A DNA stretch of 63,964 nt, counting the filler, from Octopus bimaculoides (taxonomy: Eukaryota), in the NCBI RefSeq assembly GCF_001194135.2. It is 6 parts of 5 records of this genome, joined end to end, with 100 filler letters (N's around TTAATTAATTAA, not from the genome) between each part and the next. Parts side by side here need not be neighbours in the genome. Positions count along the whole stretch, not along the records: positions 13,349 to 39,604 come from NC_068984.1; positions 39,705 to 58,166 come from NC_069004.1; 4 more parts are not named here. One strand, given 5' to 3'. Below are positions 38,407 to 52,685 of this stretch, piece after piece (position 1 is the first letter of the stretch; the number at the start of each line of letters is the position of its first letter). The notes under the pieces are model-generated. The model ran no database searches. It saw only the letters and a program-made list of their open reading frames with translations, and was not told the origin of the DNA. The translations under genes were made by a program, and so were the position numbers.

Positions 38407-41400
38407 TGGGTAACTATTATTATTATTATTACTATTATCATTATTATAAAGAAAGTAGTTGCAATGTCACAGGTGCAAAGCTATATTGATCGGCCTTTAC
38501 CTTTCCCTTGAACAGCATGGACAGGAGAGGCTGGTATGCTGAGGCAACTGCTGGTCATCCATAAACAACCTTGCTCGGACTTGTACCTGAGAGGGGAACA
38601 TTCCAGGTGCAATCCTATGGTCATTCATGACCGAAGGGGTTCTTCACCCTATGTATATAAGTGTGTACATATGTGTGTGTGTGCCTGAGTGTGTGTATAT
38701 GTGTGCTTACTGACATACATATATGCATACATATGTATACACACACACACACACACACACTCGCAAAATGCCATTATAACCTTATAAAAATCTTTTTAAT
38801 CGTCAACAATTAATTAATATCATTTGTGAAGAATTTCATAATTCCATAATTTGATTCCATTTCTTCTTTCTCTTTTTCTTTTTTTTTTTGTCTAAACTTT
38901 TACCTCCTCTTTTGTGTTTTCGACTTTTGGATGATTTTATATTCATACATATACACCAACGTACAAAAATACACACACACACACATTAATGACACAACCA
39001 AAGTACAGGATCTGAGAAAGGTTTTATGATATATATTATGATATATAAAAGGTTTTATGATATATATTCTTCATATGATTTATATTCTTTATATATGATA
39101 CAGAGTCAATATCCTCAAACATGCAAACATTATTAGAAAGGTTTTCATGTGTTAAAAAGGAAGGCAAAAACACCAAAGAACTCCATTCATTATTTGTCAA
39201 TGTAAATCAGTTTCATGAAAAAGCCACACTGCTTAAGTGTTGACTTCCTTGTAAGTAGCGAAAGCTTATGAGCAGAATATTTGGAAGTGGTCACGGCAGA
39301 GAGTTTTTAGGTATGCATATGTGGTTTTTGTGTTAGTGCGCGCGCACACGTGTATGTGTGCGCGTACTGTGGTTCATTTTTTGTTTATGCACAATTGAGT
39401 TTCAGAGTACTTGCCTGTATGGGTTGCAGGTTTATATAAACATCCAACCTACACAAGAAATATTCATATAGGCGCAGGAGTGGATATGTGGTAAGTAGCT
39501 TGCTTACCAACCACATGGTTCCGGGTTCAATACCCCACTGCGTGGCACCTTGGACAAGTGTTTCTACTATAGCCTCGGGCCGACCAAAGCCTTGTGAGTG
39601 GATTNNNNNNNNNNNNNNNNNNNNNNNNNNNNNNNNNNNNNNNNNNNNTTAATTAATTAANNNNNNNNNNNNNNNNNNNNNNNNNNNNNNNNNNNNNNNN
39701 NNNNTTGTTTTAGCTTTAGGGTTAGGGTTTTAGGGTTTGGCAAAAATACTTATAACCCTAAACCTAACCGACGTAGAGCCAGCTAGAGACGATGTCTCCT
39801 GTAGCTAAATTACAGCAACATTAGTCCTAAACCAGGACTGCCATGATATGTTGGCAAACAATCTTTACTACAAAGTACTGTTGCTGAATATCTCACGTAG
39901 TGAGATTTACAATTAGTAATTTTCAAATATGAATTTCTTTTAATACCCTGTAAATGTTGATGTACTTTCAATTTTTTTTTTTTTTTTCAATGTGAAAGGT
40001 CAGAGTTACTTAATTAACAAAATGACAAAAATAAAGAAACAACAAATTTAAAAAAGTACCTTCAAATTTCAATACAGAATCCGAAACTAACGTACTGAAT
40101 CTAATGATGGAAAACCCCTTCCCTTAATCGCTTTTGTTCAAAGTGGGGGTGCTGGCAGAATGGTTAGAATGTCGGGGAAAATTGCTTTACATTATTTTTT
40201 TCCTGCAAAAGTCTACTTTGCATTTCACTCTTTCAAAGTCCTATAAAGTACCAGTCAATTAATGGGGTGAATGGTATCGACTAATCCCTTCCCCTCCAAA
40301 CTGCTGGCTTTGTGCCTAAAATTAGAAACCATTATGACAACCTTTCGATATTCATACATGACGTCATAGCTATGTGTTAGGTGATTTACGACATACACAC
40401 CTAAATACATACATATCTAGCGTGGGAAGTCGCTAATAAAAACGTCAACACTTTAATAATTGGACTGAATCATTAATCCAATAACTATGAAATACCTCTG
40501 TGCAGTAAAAGACAATAACACCCATCCTGTGTAAATATCTTCATGTTCAAGGTTTTATTGCGACATGTGATAAATGAACGTGTATAGTGAGTATACGATG
40601 TTCAATAAAGATTTCTGGGAGGAAGAAAGGTTTTGAACAACTTGTCATGTTCCGTGATGACTTTGAGTAAATACATTTAATGGATTAATGACAATGCACC
40701 CAAGGGTGGTCCACAGTTGGGATTTAAGCAAAAAATTCGGGTTGTCCGTATTTTATACTGTGATTTTTTAAAATTCGAAAAAGAGTGGAGATTTTAGGAT
40801 TTATGGGGGAGGGGGGATTAAAAAAGGTTTTAAAAATTTATTTTCATAATCGTATGAATTTTCGTGTGTAGAATATAAATTCGCAAAATTTTCCTGAAAA
40901 TTCCCCAAAATAAAAAGTTATGAGGGGTTGTATGGGATTCCGCTAGATTTCCACCATTATAAAGGTTTTCACTATCAGGATCGACTTAGTGCTTAATCTA
41001 ATCNNNNNNNNNNNNNNNNNNNNNNNNNNNNNNNNNNNNNNNNNNNNNNNNNNNNNNNNNNNNNNNNNNNNNNNNNNNNNNNNNNNNNNNNNNNNNNNNN
41101 NNNNNNNNNNNNNNNNNNNNNNNNNNNNNNNNNNNNNNNNNNNNNNNNNNNNNNNNNNNNNNNNNNNNNNNNNNNNNNNNNNNNNNNNNNNNNNNNNNNN
41201 NNNNNNNNNNNNNNNNNNNNNNNNNNNNNNNNNNNNNNNNNNNNNNNNNNNNNNNNNNNNNNNNNNNNNNNNNNNNNNNNNNNNNNNNNNNNNNNNNNNN
41301 NNNNNNNNNNNNNNNNNNNNNNNNNNNNNNNNNNNNNNNNNNNNNNNNNNNNNNNNNNNNNNNNNNNNNNNNNNNNNNNNNNNNNNNNNNNNNNNNNNNN

Positions 41401-42639
41401 NNNNNNNNNNNNNNNNNNNNNNNNNNNNNNNNNNNNNNNNNNNNNNNNNNNNNNNNNNNNNNNNNNNNNNNNNNNNNNNNNNNNNNNNNNNNNNNNNNNN
41501 NNNNNNNNNNNNNNNNNNNNNNNNNNNNNNNNNNNNNNNNNNNNNNNNNNNNNNNNNNNNNNNNNNNNNNNNNNNNNNNNNNNNNNNNNNNNNNNNNNNN
41601 NNNNNNNNNNNNNNNNNNNNNNNNNNNNNNNNNNNNNNNNNNNNNNNNNNNNNNNNNNNNNNNNNNNNNNNNNNNNNNNNNNNNNNNNNNNNNNNNNNAT
41701 TTTTTTCCAGAATCGGATTCTCCATGGTCTGAAACATAGGATTCTGTAAAAAAAACAAAATTTAAAAGTTGGGGTATACCCAGATTACATATACTCCATC
41801 TCCACCAATAGTTGTTTCTAATTTAGGCTCAGGACCAGCAATTTTTGAGACCATCGATCCCAACACGTGACTTATGCCTTATTTAATCGACCCTGAAGAT
41901 AAAGTTAACTTCGATAGGGTTAGAAGTCAGAATGAAAAGAACTGCAAGAAATACCGCAAAGCAATTGCCATCGCCCGTGATAATGCTGTGAGCATGCTGG
42001 CTTTCTTCAGAAGGTTCTGTTGAACGTTGTGGTATGCGACCAATTGAAGCATTTGGTGCTTTTTTTTCTCTTCTCTTTCTTCTCATCCCTTTGCCTTTTC
42101 TTTGTCTTTCTTTTGTAAAAATTTATATTATGGAAGAATCATGACGGGAATAAAATTATATATTAACATTTCATTTACTGACATATATATAACGGTATGA
42201 TTACAGGCTGCACCCTGTCGAAATTGTGCCCTAATAGCTTTCTAAAAAAAATACATATTTTTAAAATGAAACTTTGCGAATATACATTTTCGAGCATGTA
42301 GATTAATTACAATGGTGTTAATAAAACATTTTTATTTTTATTTTTTGAGAAGATACAGATCGTTCTTCTCCGCCCTTCCAGGCATTGTTACTATTAATTT
42401 CCGAAACTTATGCATTTTTCACGTTTCTCTTTTTTTCCCCCGCCAGATTTAGATGTATGAAACATCAACATTAAGTAAATCTACAATCTCGAAAACATAG
42501 TCAGACAAAATACCGTTTTAAAATCCGCATTTTGAAGATAGTTACGATGAAACAATTCGAGATGTGAAAATGATCTGAAACTCCTTTTTTAAAAAAATAA
42601 CTTTTCCAATGTTATCAACATAATAGTAACCTACACCCA

Positions 42640-43040
42640 CAAAAATCTGGTTGGAAAAAGCAAAAGAAAATCACTACATCAGATCTAAAAATCTCTTAAA
42701 CAAACTGAAAAATCCAGCAGAAGATTTGATTTCGTTTTTCTCAAACGAGAAAAACTTTAACCAAGATCATAAAGTTAACAGAAGAAATGACAGATGGTTA
42801 TGTGCAGACCCTTCTGAAGTTCCAAGTGTTATGCATACAAAATTTCCTGCAACTGTCATGGTTTTAGGAGTTGTCAGCAATGAAGGACATGTGATGCCTC
42901 CTTACTTCTTTCCACAAGGCCTTAGAGTTAACTCTGCCACCTACATTGAGGTCCTGGAAATAATTGTTAAGCTATGGATAGCAATGGAAGGCCATCTGTG
43001 TTTCAGTAAGACTCTGCACTATCACATATGGCTCTAATAT
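42640..43040 (+). mobile_element. maT/DD37D-type (Tc1/mariner) transposase relic
   Basis: FFSNEKNF..DHKVNRRNDRWL..DPSEVP.VMHTKFPATVMVLGVVSNEG.VMPPYFF. Confidence 0.8.
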
Positions 43041-45489
43041 GGACAACGCTGTTTGTTTAGTAAACCACAGGGTGGAGGAGTACAACAAACAAAAGAACAG
43101 CCAACAACTAGGGTTGGGGGGGGGGGCTCACAATTAGGGATTCGAGTTTTAGTTCCCTTAATGCTTTTTCTGTCTGTCTGCCTTTCCTCTCTTCTCTTCT
43201 CACATGCAGTATGCACATACACACCATCTATCTCTCCCCCTTCTCTTCTTTGTCATTCTTCTTCTTCAAAAACATCCCAAAATATGGAAGCAAACATTTG
43301 CATAAAAAAAAGGGCTTGCTTTTCTTGTGTCTTTTACATCTTTTAGTCATGTGGCAGAAGTTGTTCCATTTTCGGTCACTAGATGTCCTTCTTTAATTAC
43401 TGATATGATATAATATGTCACATGCATTTGTATATTGTTATTATTGTCCTCTTAGTTAACAAATAAACAAGTAAATTGACACAGTACAATGTCTGCAAGT
43501 TGATGAATACCACCTATTCCCCTCCATGTTCTTATTGCTATATGAATTAAGGGTAAAATATCCTTTTACCTGAACCCATTTATTGCACTTGGTAATATGA
43601 AGGAAAAACGCTAGTGTAATAATAATTGGGTATTCTTCTGGCAGTATACTGGATAGATATTATCCCTTAGTGAGTTGGATTCACAACCCCTAACTTTCTT
43701 GGATTTATATATTTGTATATATATGTACAGTGAGCTTCTGTACAGTTACTCTCTACCAAATTCACTCACAAGGTATTAGCTGGCTCAGGGCTATAGTAGA
43801 AGCCACTTGCCCAAGGTGCTATACAATGAGACTGAACATGAAACAATGTGATTGTAAAGCAAACTTCTTAACCACAAAGCCATCCTGTGCCTGAGATTTG
43901 TTTTGTTTTTCTTCATTCTGTTTGAACTCAAAGTATGTTCGGTTGTTGTAATTGTTGATTTGTAACAAAATAATCATTGATTTAGAGTCGTCTATGGAAC
44001 TTCAGTCACAAACCTTGTTTTTAGCTCCACATTCTATAGCAACTAATGGCTGATAGATGAAGCTCTTCCGAATGTAGGACAATGTTTTCAGCTGCGCCTA
44101 TTCTTTAATTAAGTAAATCAAGACATAGAATTTAGTGTCGAGCCTAGATACATCACGAGATGTCAGATATAAAATGAATTAGTGACCCAGCTGGTTGTCT
44201 GGTCTTTANNNNNNNNNNNNNNNNNNNNNNNNNNNNNNNNNNNNNNNNNNNNNNNNNNNNNNNNNNNNNNNNNNNNNNNNNNNNNNNNNNNNNNNNNNNN
44301 NNNNNNNNNNNNNNNNNNNNNNNNNNNNNNNNNNNNNNNNNNNNNNNNNNNNNNNNNNNNNNNNNNNNNNNNNNNNNNNNNNNNNNNNNNNNNNNNNNNN
44401 NATATGGGTACAGGACGTCACCAACGGTGCAAATAACATGAAATACGTAAACAACGAGAAAAAAATGGAAAACAGGACAAGTAAACACAGTGTCAGCTGT
44501 CTATCTACTCCTCATTTCGAGCGTTCAACGACAATATGAGTCTTCAAAGACAGTTACTCCCATAAATTCTAAAATAAAATTTAGGATTTATGGAGGGTCA
44601 ACGTTGGGAACAAAAGCAGGACAGTGGAGACATACAAGGAAATCGAATGAAAACAAACATGGAGGGTCGTGAGACCAGAATGAGAGGTAAATAGTAAACG
44701 CTGGCAGAAACATGTTTTTGAAAAGAGAATAGATAGAAGAGAGAGAGAAAAACACATCTGCTTTTTTTTAATATCCTTACAAGAAAATAAAGATGGTCAC
44801 ATGAGGAAATGAAAGATGGACGATGGTTATATGTGAGCAATGAAAGAGAGAGAGAAAACAGTGAAGGAGGGAGAGGGGAAAAGGGGAATTAGGGAAGGAT
44901 GGAAGAGGAAAACAGTATAGAGTAGAGAGTTGCATCAAAAAGGTGAAGATAAATTTATTTATGTGTGTGTGTGTATGTATCTATGTGTGTGTCTTTGTGT
45001 TCTCATCACCACTTGACAAATGTTGATGATGTGTTTACATCACTGTAATCTAGCAGTTTATCGAAAGAGACCAATAAAACAAGTACCAATCTTAAAAAAC
45101 TGGGTTCACTTCATTCGACTAAAAATTGTTCAAGGTAGGGCACAAGCATGGCTGCAGTCTAATGATTGAAACAAGCAAATGATAAATGATGATACTTGCT
45201 TAATATGAATTGTGTTTCATAATTTAATTGTGAATGACACATATCAGATTCATGCGTCATTATGCATTAAAGTGAAAGTGAAACCAGTTTTATTTCAAGT
45301 GAAACTATTACATTGTAATGTCCCATTGGATTTATATCTAATTTATAGTTTTGAAAGTGGCATCTTTGTACTTCAGAATGAAATTCTTCAAGGTGGTGCC
45401 CCAGCATATAGACAGTCTAACAACTGAAAGAAGTAAAAGACATATATATACATACGTGTGTGTGTGTGTGTGTGTGTGTAAAAGATATA

Positions 45490-45960
45490 GATTGATGCCT
45501 TTATCATCTCCAAAAACATCACTATAACTTTCTGTACCAATCCCTGACTCTTGAACTTCTTAGGTCTTGGAGCAGTGCCATCTTCAGGCATGGGCACACT
45601 GGACAATTGTTCAGGGGCCCCACAGGTCTGGGGGAGGGGTGACTCAATTTTAATCTGTTTACACCATGGCTTTTTGTCAATAAATATTGTAGGGATCAGT
45701 GCACTGATTTTATCTGGAGTCTATAACATTGTTAAGACGGCCCTGTCTTGGAGAAGAGGTATGATACCATTTTCACCAACTGAGTTTTCATTTCTGGATC
45801 ATAAAGATATGGCCATGTTACATCCCCTGTCACCAGATTGGTAAAAAGACATTTTCAATGCTTCAAATGCTTGCAGCAGATCAAATCAGGCTTCCACCCT
45901 TCAAACTTAGTGTCAGCTCTTAACACAGCTTTAGATATGTATTTTGCACACATTTCCTTT
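45490..45960 (-). mobile_element. Mariner transposase relic interrupted by a MITE
   Basis: NLVTGDVTWPYLYDPEMKTQ (VTGDETW..YDPE.K.Q) then WYHTSSPRPKKFKSQ...KV.VMF once the insert is removed. Confidence 0.8.
45573..45745. mobile_element. 173-bp hAT-type MITE with 8-bp TSD
   Basis: TSD tcttggag at 45565-45572 and 45746-45753. Imperfect TIRs cagtgccatcttca / ttaagacggccctg. Confidence 0.85.
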
Positions 45961-46109
45961 TTGCCATACGAGTATGGGCTACACCAATGGTCTCCTAAGT
46001 GGGTGGTACTGCCCCCCACCCGGAGGGGAATGGTGGAAAGATCAGGTGAGGGCGTTGAAGAAAAGTGGGGTGATAATGGGGTGACAAAAAAGGGGTGATG
46101 AATGTAAAA

Positions 46110-46620
46110 AAACAACAAAATAATGGGTTTAAGTTTTATTTGTGATATACAGTTCTTTTGAATTTGCTCCAGAAAGTGGTCTATGAATGTGGCGATGACG
46201 GGAGAGGCACGAGGAATGTGACAAGGTTGCCAAGGGAATGACAGCCTGACAAAGTTTGGGAACTGCGAGGTTACACGGATATATTGTTGAGGCATTATTA
46301 TGTAGATGGTATAAGTGCAGGGACGATTTGCTTGATGACGGGGGGTACCTGATTTTTCTGGAGGATGTTCAAAGTGTTTTCATTGCCTCCGAAAATTTTT
46401 TAGGGAGCGTGTGCTTGCTGCCCACGGTTCCTGAGGATGCCCTTCCTTTCACCAACTCTTGCCTGTTTCTCAATTAATGGATTTCTTATTTCACAAGTCT
46501 TCAAAGGTACGAAGCAAGCAAATAATTTGACAGAAGTGACCTCTACAAACACTGCTTGTAGCTTGTGACTTATACAAAACAAATGTGAAATACAAACACA
46601 CAATGGTTTTCTTTCGGTTT
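46110..46620 (-). mobile_element. Highly degraded LINE ORF2 fragment (possibly I/Jockey-like linker)
   Basis: Weak resemblance only (..RVGERKGILR.., IATFIDHFLEQI). Many stops. Confidence 0.3.
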
Positions 46621-46892
46621 CTAGCAATCAAATTCATTCACAAGGCTTTGTTTGGCCTAGGGCTATAGTAGAAGACACCCAACATAATTATGCAGAGGTA
46701 CTGAACATGAAATTACATGGTTGGGAAGTAAATATTTTAACCATAGAACCAGGAATTCACAGCACCATAAATTCGTTAACAATTGCATTTGCAATGTTGG
46801 TCTACCACTGGATTATATATACATGCATATATGTATGCATGTAAAACATACACACACACGCATGCATGTAAATATATGTATACATACATACA

Positions 46893-46954
<62 letters not shown>

Positions 46955-49900
46955 NNNNNNNNNNNNNNNNNNNNNNNNNNNNNNNNGTGTATACAAAAAT
47001 AAGATATATATATATATCATATTAGCTTTTCTTGCCATTAATAACTTCAAAAGAATGAAAACTATTAGTTATGTACGGATGTTGTGTTGGTTCCTATTTT
47101 TACCATGCAAGAAAATATGTTAGCGGACTGTTAACGCACATGTTGAGAAGGGGACGACTTCTGCTTTTGAACTTTTCTTGTTAGTGTTGCTTTTTTTTCT
47201 TTCCTTTTGTTTTTCTCACCTAGTACAACCGACATTGTTAAGCAGACTTCCCAAAATTAGAAAACATAAACTAAACATTTCGATAATTAATGGTAATTTA
47301 AACAAATGCAATGCTAGTGTTTTAGCAAAAGTTTTTTATGTTTTTCTCTTGCTTTTTCCTTTTCTTTCAAAGCGATGTACCTCAAACAAAAGCATGAATT
47401 AAAACAGTTGGAAGATAAATCGATAACCAAAAGAGAAATTGCATTGATCAAATGAGTAAAAGTCTTGGCCTTTTGACTAACAACAACAGATTAACTAAAA
47501 CACCTTTACCTTTCTTTTCATAGACTTGAAACCCTTTGGCTTGTGACTAAGTACGAATCATCCCATGGAGACTTGACAACTTGAGAATTAAAACTGAGGG
47601 CGTTTAATTTAATTTTTTATTATTCAATCAGGAGGGAATAACTTTGCCTATCACTCTTAACAGGGCCTCTGAGATCGTCGAAAAAGACGTGGGGAGGAAG
47701 GCATCTTTGATATGGAAACTTGGCCTGAATGCTTACTATAGAATGGACTCCTGATTTAAGGCGCCAAAGAGCCAAGTGGTAGCATTAAATGAGGCAACGA
47801 AGTCTATTTACCCACGTGGGCCACGGTGGATGTTAATGGGAGTCGAGCTCAAAAACAGAAAGAGCTGGAATAAATACTTGCATGCCATCCCATCCCATTC
47901 CATTTCATAATGATTCTGCTAGTCCATTATTCTAGATTGATATTTCATTAACACTGGAAGAAGAGAAGGCAAAGTTTACCTCAGTGGGATTCAAAATCAG
48001 AATGTAGGAAGCTGGAACCACAAGGCATTTGGTTTGATCCTCAACTAGTTTGCCATCAATGCAGTGGACAGACGATATACACTATGCCCAATATTTTTGT
48101 ACAAATCATCTCAGATGTGTATACTATTTTAGCTGGTACAAAAGCATGTCTCTGGCAACTGGCATTACAAATTCTTGTTTTCCAGAAGTGGCATATAAAA
48201 CAGTGGAAAGAAATACAAGAAAACGAGATTTCACAAACTGCTACACTTTATTCATCTGTTAAATAAAATAATAAAGTGAACCAGGTGGATACATCATACA
48301 TAATCAGCTTCTCAATTCAGTCAGAATTTGGTTACATGTGCTTCAAAAACGAACAAAATTACATGACATAACTTCCTTGAAAGCAACTTCTCTCTGAAAA
48401 TTCTCACCTTACTGCCGAAAGCAGGAATTTGATTTTGCTGTGCTGGTTGGTCTATTGCACAAAACCGTATCCCATGTAAAACTAGACCAACCCAAGAAAT
48501 GGGATCAGTCAAGTATTACACCATTACACAACTGGTTTATGTGACCAATCGTTAGGAACATGCAGAATGAGCTGATATCTGACTATTTAAGCCTAAACAA
48601 GCAATTTAGGACAAGTCTCGCTACACTAGGTCTGATATATTCCTGTATACATTTTGTCTGATATTTCTATAAAGCATCCTCTTGATAAGAACAGACTTAG
48701 AAAAGATTTGCATTTCATTACTGGCAGAATGGTTAACAGGGGGGGGGGGGTAAACCTGGTTGAACTTATTTCTTAAGTATGACAGGAGAGTATAATCAAT
48801 GAATGAAGTAATATTGGTTTCCAATTTTGGCACAGGGCCGGCAATTTTGGAGAGGGGGTAATTTGATTATATCAACCCCAATTTTCAAAGGGTATTATTT
48901 TATCAACCCCCAAAAAGATGAAAGGCAAGGTTGACCTCAACATAACTTTAACTCAGACAGATGAAATGCTGCTAAGCATTTGGCCTGGTATGGCCAACAA
49001 TTCTTCCTCCTCACCACCTTAATAAAAAATGCAGACAACCATATTGTTTAGTCTTGGGTTTGATTGAGCAGGGCCTATACACATATATTTGATGGGCTTC
49101 TTTCAGTTTCTGTCTACTATAGAAGAAGACACTTACCCAAGGTGCCATGCAAATGAGATTGAACCAGAAACCATATGGTTGGGAAGCAAACCTCTTACCA
49201 CACAGAAGTAAATATACCACACAACAATGCTTGTGTTGTAAATGAGTGTCACTGTTATGCAAGCAATGTCATTCTTTTCCAATACACTGTTTCAACACCT
49301 GGCCACATGTAAATATTACCTTGCTTGGATACAGATGACAGTTGCAACAGGAAGGGCATCTGGCTGTAGGAAAATCTGCCTCAATAAACTCCGTCCAGCC
49401 CATGTAAAAGTGAACGCTAAAATGATGATGATGGTGGTGATTGAGGTATAAAAATGCCTTTGAATTGTGAAAATAAGCCTCATTATTTTTTGTAGATTAA
49501 ACTCACCGAAACATTTTAATTACAAGAAAAAACTGGAGGAAGCTTTTTTTTTTTTCTATTTACAAAAGAAAAGTTCATGTTTTCAATCTAAAGATATGTT
49601 AAACAATTTCTTTACAAAATTTCCACCACATGTTTATTGAGCAGGAATTAGTGCCCCTCCTCCACCATAAAAAGCTGACTAAGAATGCTCTCTTCAATTC
49701 ATTATATTCTGGCAACTCCACTAGCATAACCACAAATCGCGTCATTCCCTACCAACAAAATCCAATCATTATCACCACCATCACTGCTCATCTCGAAATA
49801 TCCTTTCACTGTAGTTTTGCTTCACGAGAGAAGCTTTGCTTCGAGCTATTTACCATGACAAGCCAACCATTAAATTGCTCTAGTAATTACAGCTAATTAC

Positions 49901-50329
49901 TACAGCAGCATCACAAGCCTTGCGTGTTTCTGTGTGTATACACACACAAGCCTTATATATATGTATGTTTTACCTTAACTTCCTGCAACAGCTGTTCTCA
50001 CCCTTGCCCTGAAACCTAACATTGAGGAAGTTTAAATGTTTTTGTTTCAAATAATGATGTTATTTTCGTTATAGACACTCAACAAAATTCATGTTCACAG
50101 TTCAGCTGAGTGCAACATTTTAAAATTTGTTTTTGAGGCTACATTTTGAAATTCAAATCTTACCAAAATCAACTTTGTTTTTCATCCACCCCACTGGGGA
50201 TTGATGAAATCAAAAGTAACAGTCAATTACTGGGATTAATGCCATGCTTTTGAAGAGCTAAAATACATCCTTGTTATCTTTTGAAGATTAAGCCTCTTCA
50301 AAACTTTTTAATTACAAGGTATCTTTGAA

Positions 50330-51313
50330 TAAAATATGTGGGCGAGTTCCTCATCTTTTCAGGATTGGTAAACTGCAACTCAAGCAAGTAAAATCCTAGC
50401 TGGTGATTGGAGAAGGAGGCTGTCCTCTCAACCAATATGCTGTTGTGGCTGCTGCTGGATGACAGACTCTGGTGATGATGTTATTCCACCTTTCCAATCC
50501 ATGGTGCTGGCCTTAGCATGCATGAGGTCAAAGCTTCAGGTCTTCCTAAATTTGTTTTGCCCGTGTCTTCTTCAGTGCATGGGTTGCTGTTGCAGATGAC
50601 CCTGGAATCTCCTGCAACTCTTCTGGACAGTTTCCTTCTCTAAGTTGGTGAATGCTGCCATAATCCTTGCCTTCAGTTCAACTTTGGTGTTACAAGGAGT
50701 TTTGTTGGTCTTTCGCTCAACTGCACCGCACACTTAATAATCAAGGGGGTTGCAGTCTGGGGAGTTAGGTGGCCAGATGTTAGGGGTGATGTGGTTGCAG
50801 AAATTGTCTGACACCCATGACTTGGTTCTCCTACTTATGTAGCATAGTGCAGTCCTGTTGCCAGACATAGGGTCTTCCAGCAGTCACCCTGTTGACCCAG
50901 GGCAGTACTACCTTCTCCAGGCACTTGATGTAGGCTTCCATGTTGAGTGTGAGGCCATGTAGGAAGATGAATGGAGGCATAATGTCACCATCACTAGTGA
51001 TCACTCCAAACCCCATGATGTTGACTGGATGTTTGATTATCACTCTCAGCATATGTTTTGGGGACATGGTAAGCCAATGGTTGTTCTCTGTGTTCACCAT
51101 GTTTGTATTGGAATTTCTGCCACAAATGCAAAGTAGTACAGCATGTTGTTTCCAAATTTCTGACAGAGTGAATTGTGTCATGGTACTGTTTTTCTCACAG
51201 ACGGTGCCTAACTGACCCTACTATACTGTACAGTCAACAAAATCAAAAACAAAGAATGTGCATGGACGAAATTAAAATATAAAATGGCAACAATTTACCC
51301 ATCGCACCCTGTA
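50330..51313 (-). mobile_element. maT/DD37D-type transposase relic with one TIR
   Basis: KHPVNIMGFGVITSDGDIMPPFIF..GL.LN.EAYIKCLEKVVLPWV...YVWQQD. Terminus ta-cagggtgcgatgggtaaatt at 51313. Confidence 0.8.
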
Positions 51314-52362
51314 TACATATATATATATATATCCATTTTAAAGTGATTGTTGAGGGCTGTAACATACACAACAGTTTGTTGATTTTCTTTGTTGGTGTGT
51401 GTGTGTGCCCCATAATGAAAGATCACAATAGATGAAAAGATACTGTGAAGCCTGTCCAGCCATGTCAGCAGAGGGAAACATGCATAAAAAGAAAGATGAT
51501 GATATTGATGCATGTTTGCATCAGCTGCAAAGTACACGCATACAACAAAATATCTGGAACATCAAATGCCTGTTATAAGCCCTAAAAGTTTTTAAGATCA
51601 CATAAGGATTTCTAAAACAGGAACAAGGATAGTTAGATAAATACATCCTCTTACTTGATTTTATTGATCCTCTACTCCCCCCATGGGAATAAAAGTCAAA
51701 ACTGATCTTGGTAAGATTTGAACTCAGAATGTAAACAGATGTAACTAAATACAGCAATTTACTGTTATAGTGTTTTTAACATATCTACAAGGTCACAATT
51801 CTTGGCAAATAATAAAGTTTAATTATATCAACACTAGTGTGTGACTGATATCTAAATGATTCTGGAGAGATGAAAGGCAAAAGTGATCTCAGTGTGATTT
51901 GAAAAGAAAAAAAAAGTCAGAGGAATATGAGTGAACTGTGCAGGGCTTTGTGTCTCCCACTATAAAATATAGTACCATATTTATGTATATGCTCCACTAA
52001 GTATGGATACTGAAAACCTGGTAAAAGATATCTCTTACATATAAAACACAAACTTTTCTTCAGTAAATTATGTGGAAAAAGTGTTTAATCTAATTAATTG
52101 TAATTGCTACATAAAGTACATTGTAAAAGTTTACGAGTTCTAAACAAAACAAACTTGAAAGTGGTCTTTAAGCTTTACTGATGCAGGCCAAAAATGTGCG
52201 TCTGCTGTAAAATCAGCATTGAAAAAAATAATGTTTCTTGTAGAGAGTTAGTTTCATTTTGATAATGATTTAAGTTTTTACTCAATTTTACAATTCAGTT
52301 TTTTTTTTAATGATGCACACACAGTTGTGTTACCCAAGGAGAACAAAGTATTTACTAAGCTT

Positions 52363-52685
52363 GCATTTGACAGATATTTGTCCTCATCTTGTTTGTTGTT
52401 AACATAACGTTTCGACTGATATACCCTCCAGCCTTCATCGGGTGTCTTGGGGAAATTTCGAACCTGGGTTCTCATTCCTAAGGTATTTTTCGATGTTATT
52501 ATTATTATTCAGGTTCGATTTCAGGCAGTGACCTGAATAATAATAACAACAACATTGAAAAATACCTTAGGAATGAGAACCCAGGTTCAAAATTTCCCCA
52601 AGACACCTGATGAAGGCTAGAGGGTATATCAGCCGAAACATTGTGTTAACAACAAACAAGATGAGGACAAATATCCGTCGAATGT
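52363..52685. mobile_element. Fold-back Penelope-type terminal repeat with a hammerhead-ribozyme motif in each arm
   Basis: About 150-bp inverted arms with a 16-nt loop. The + arm reads gacac-CTGATGA-a-GGCT...AGCC-GAAAC-att-gtgtt (52602-52647). Confidence 0.7.
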
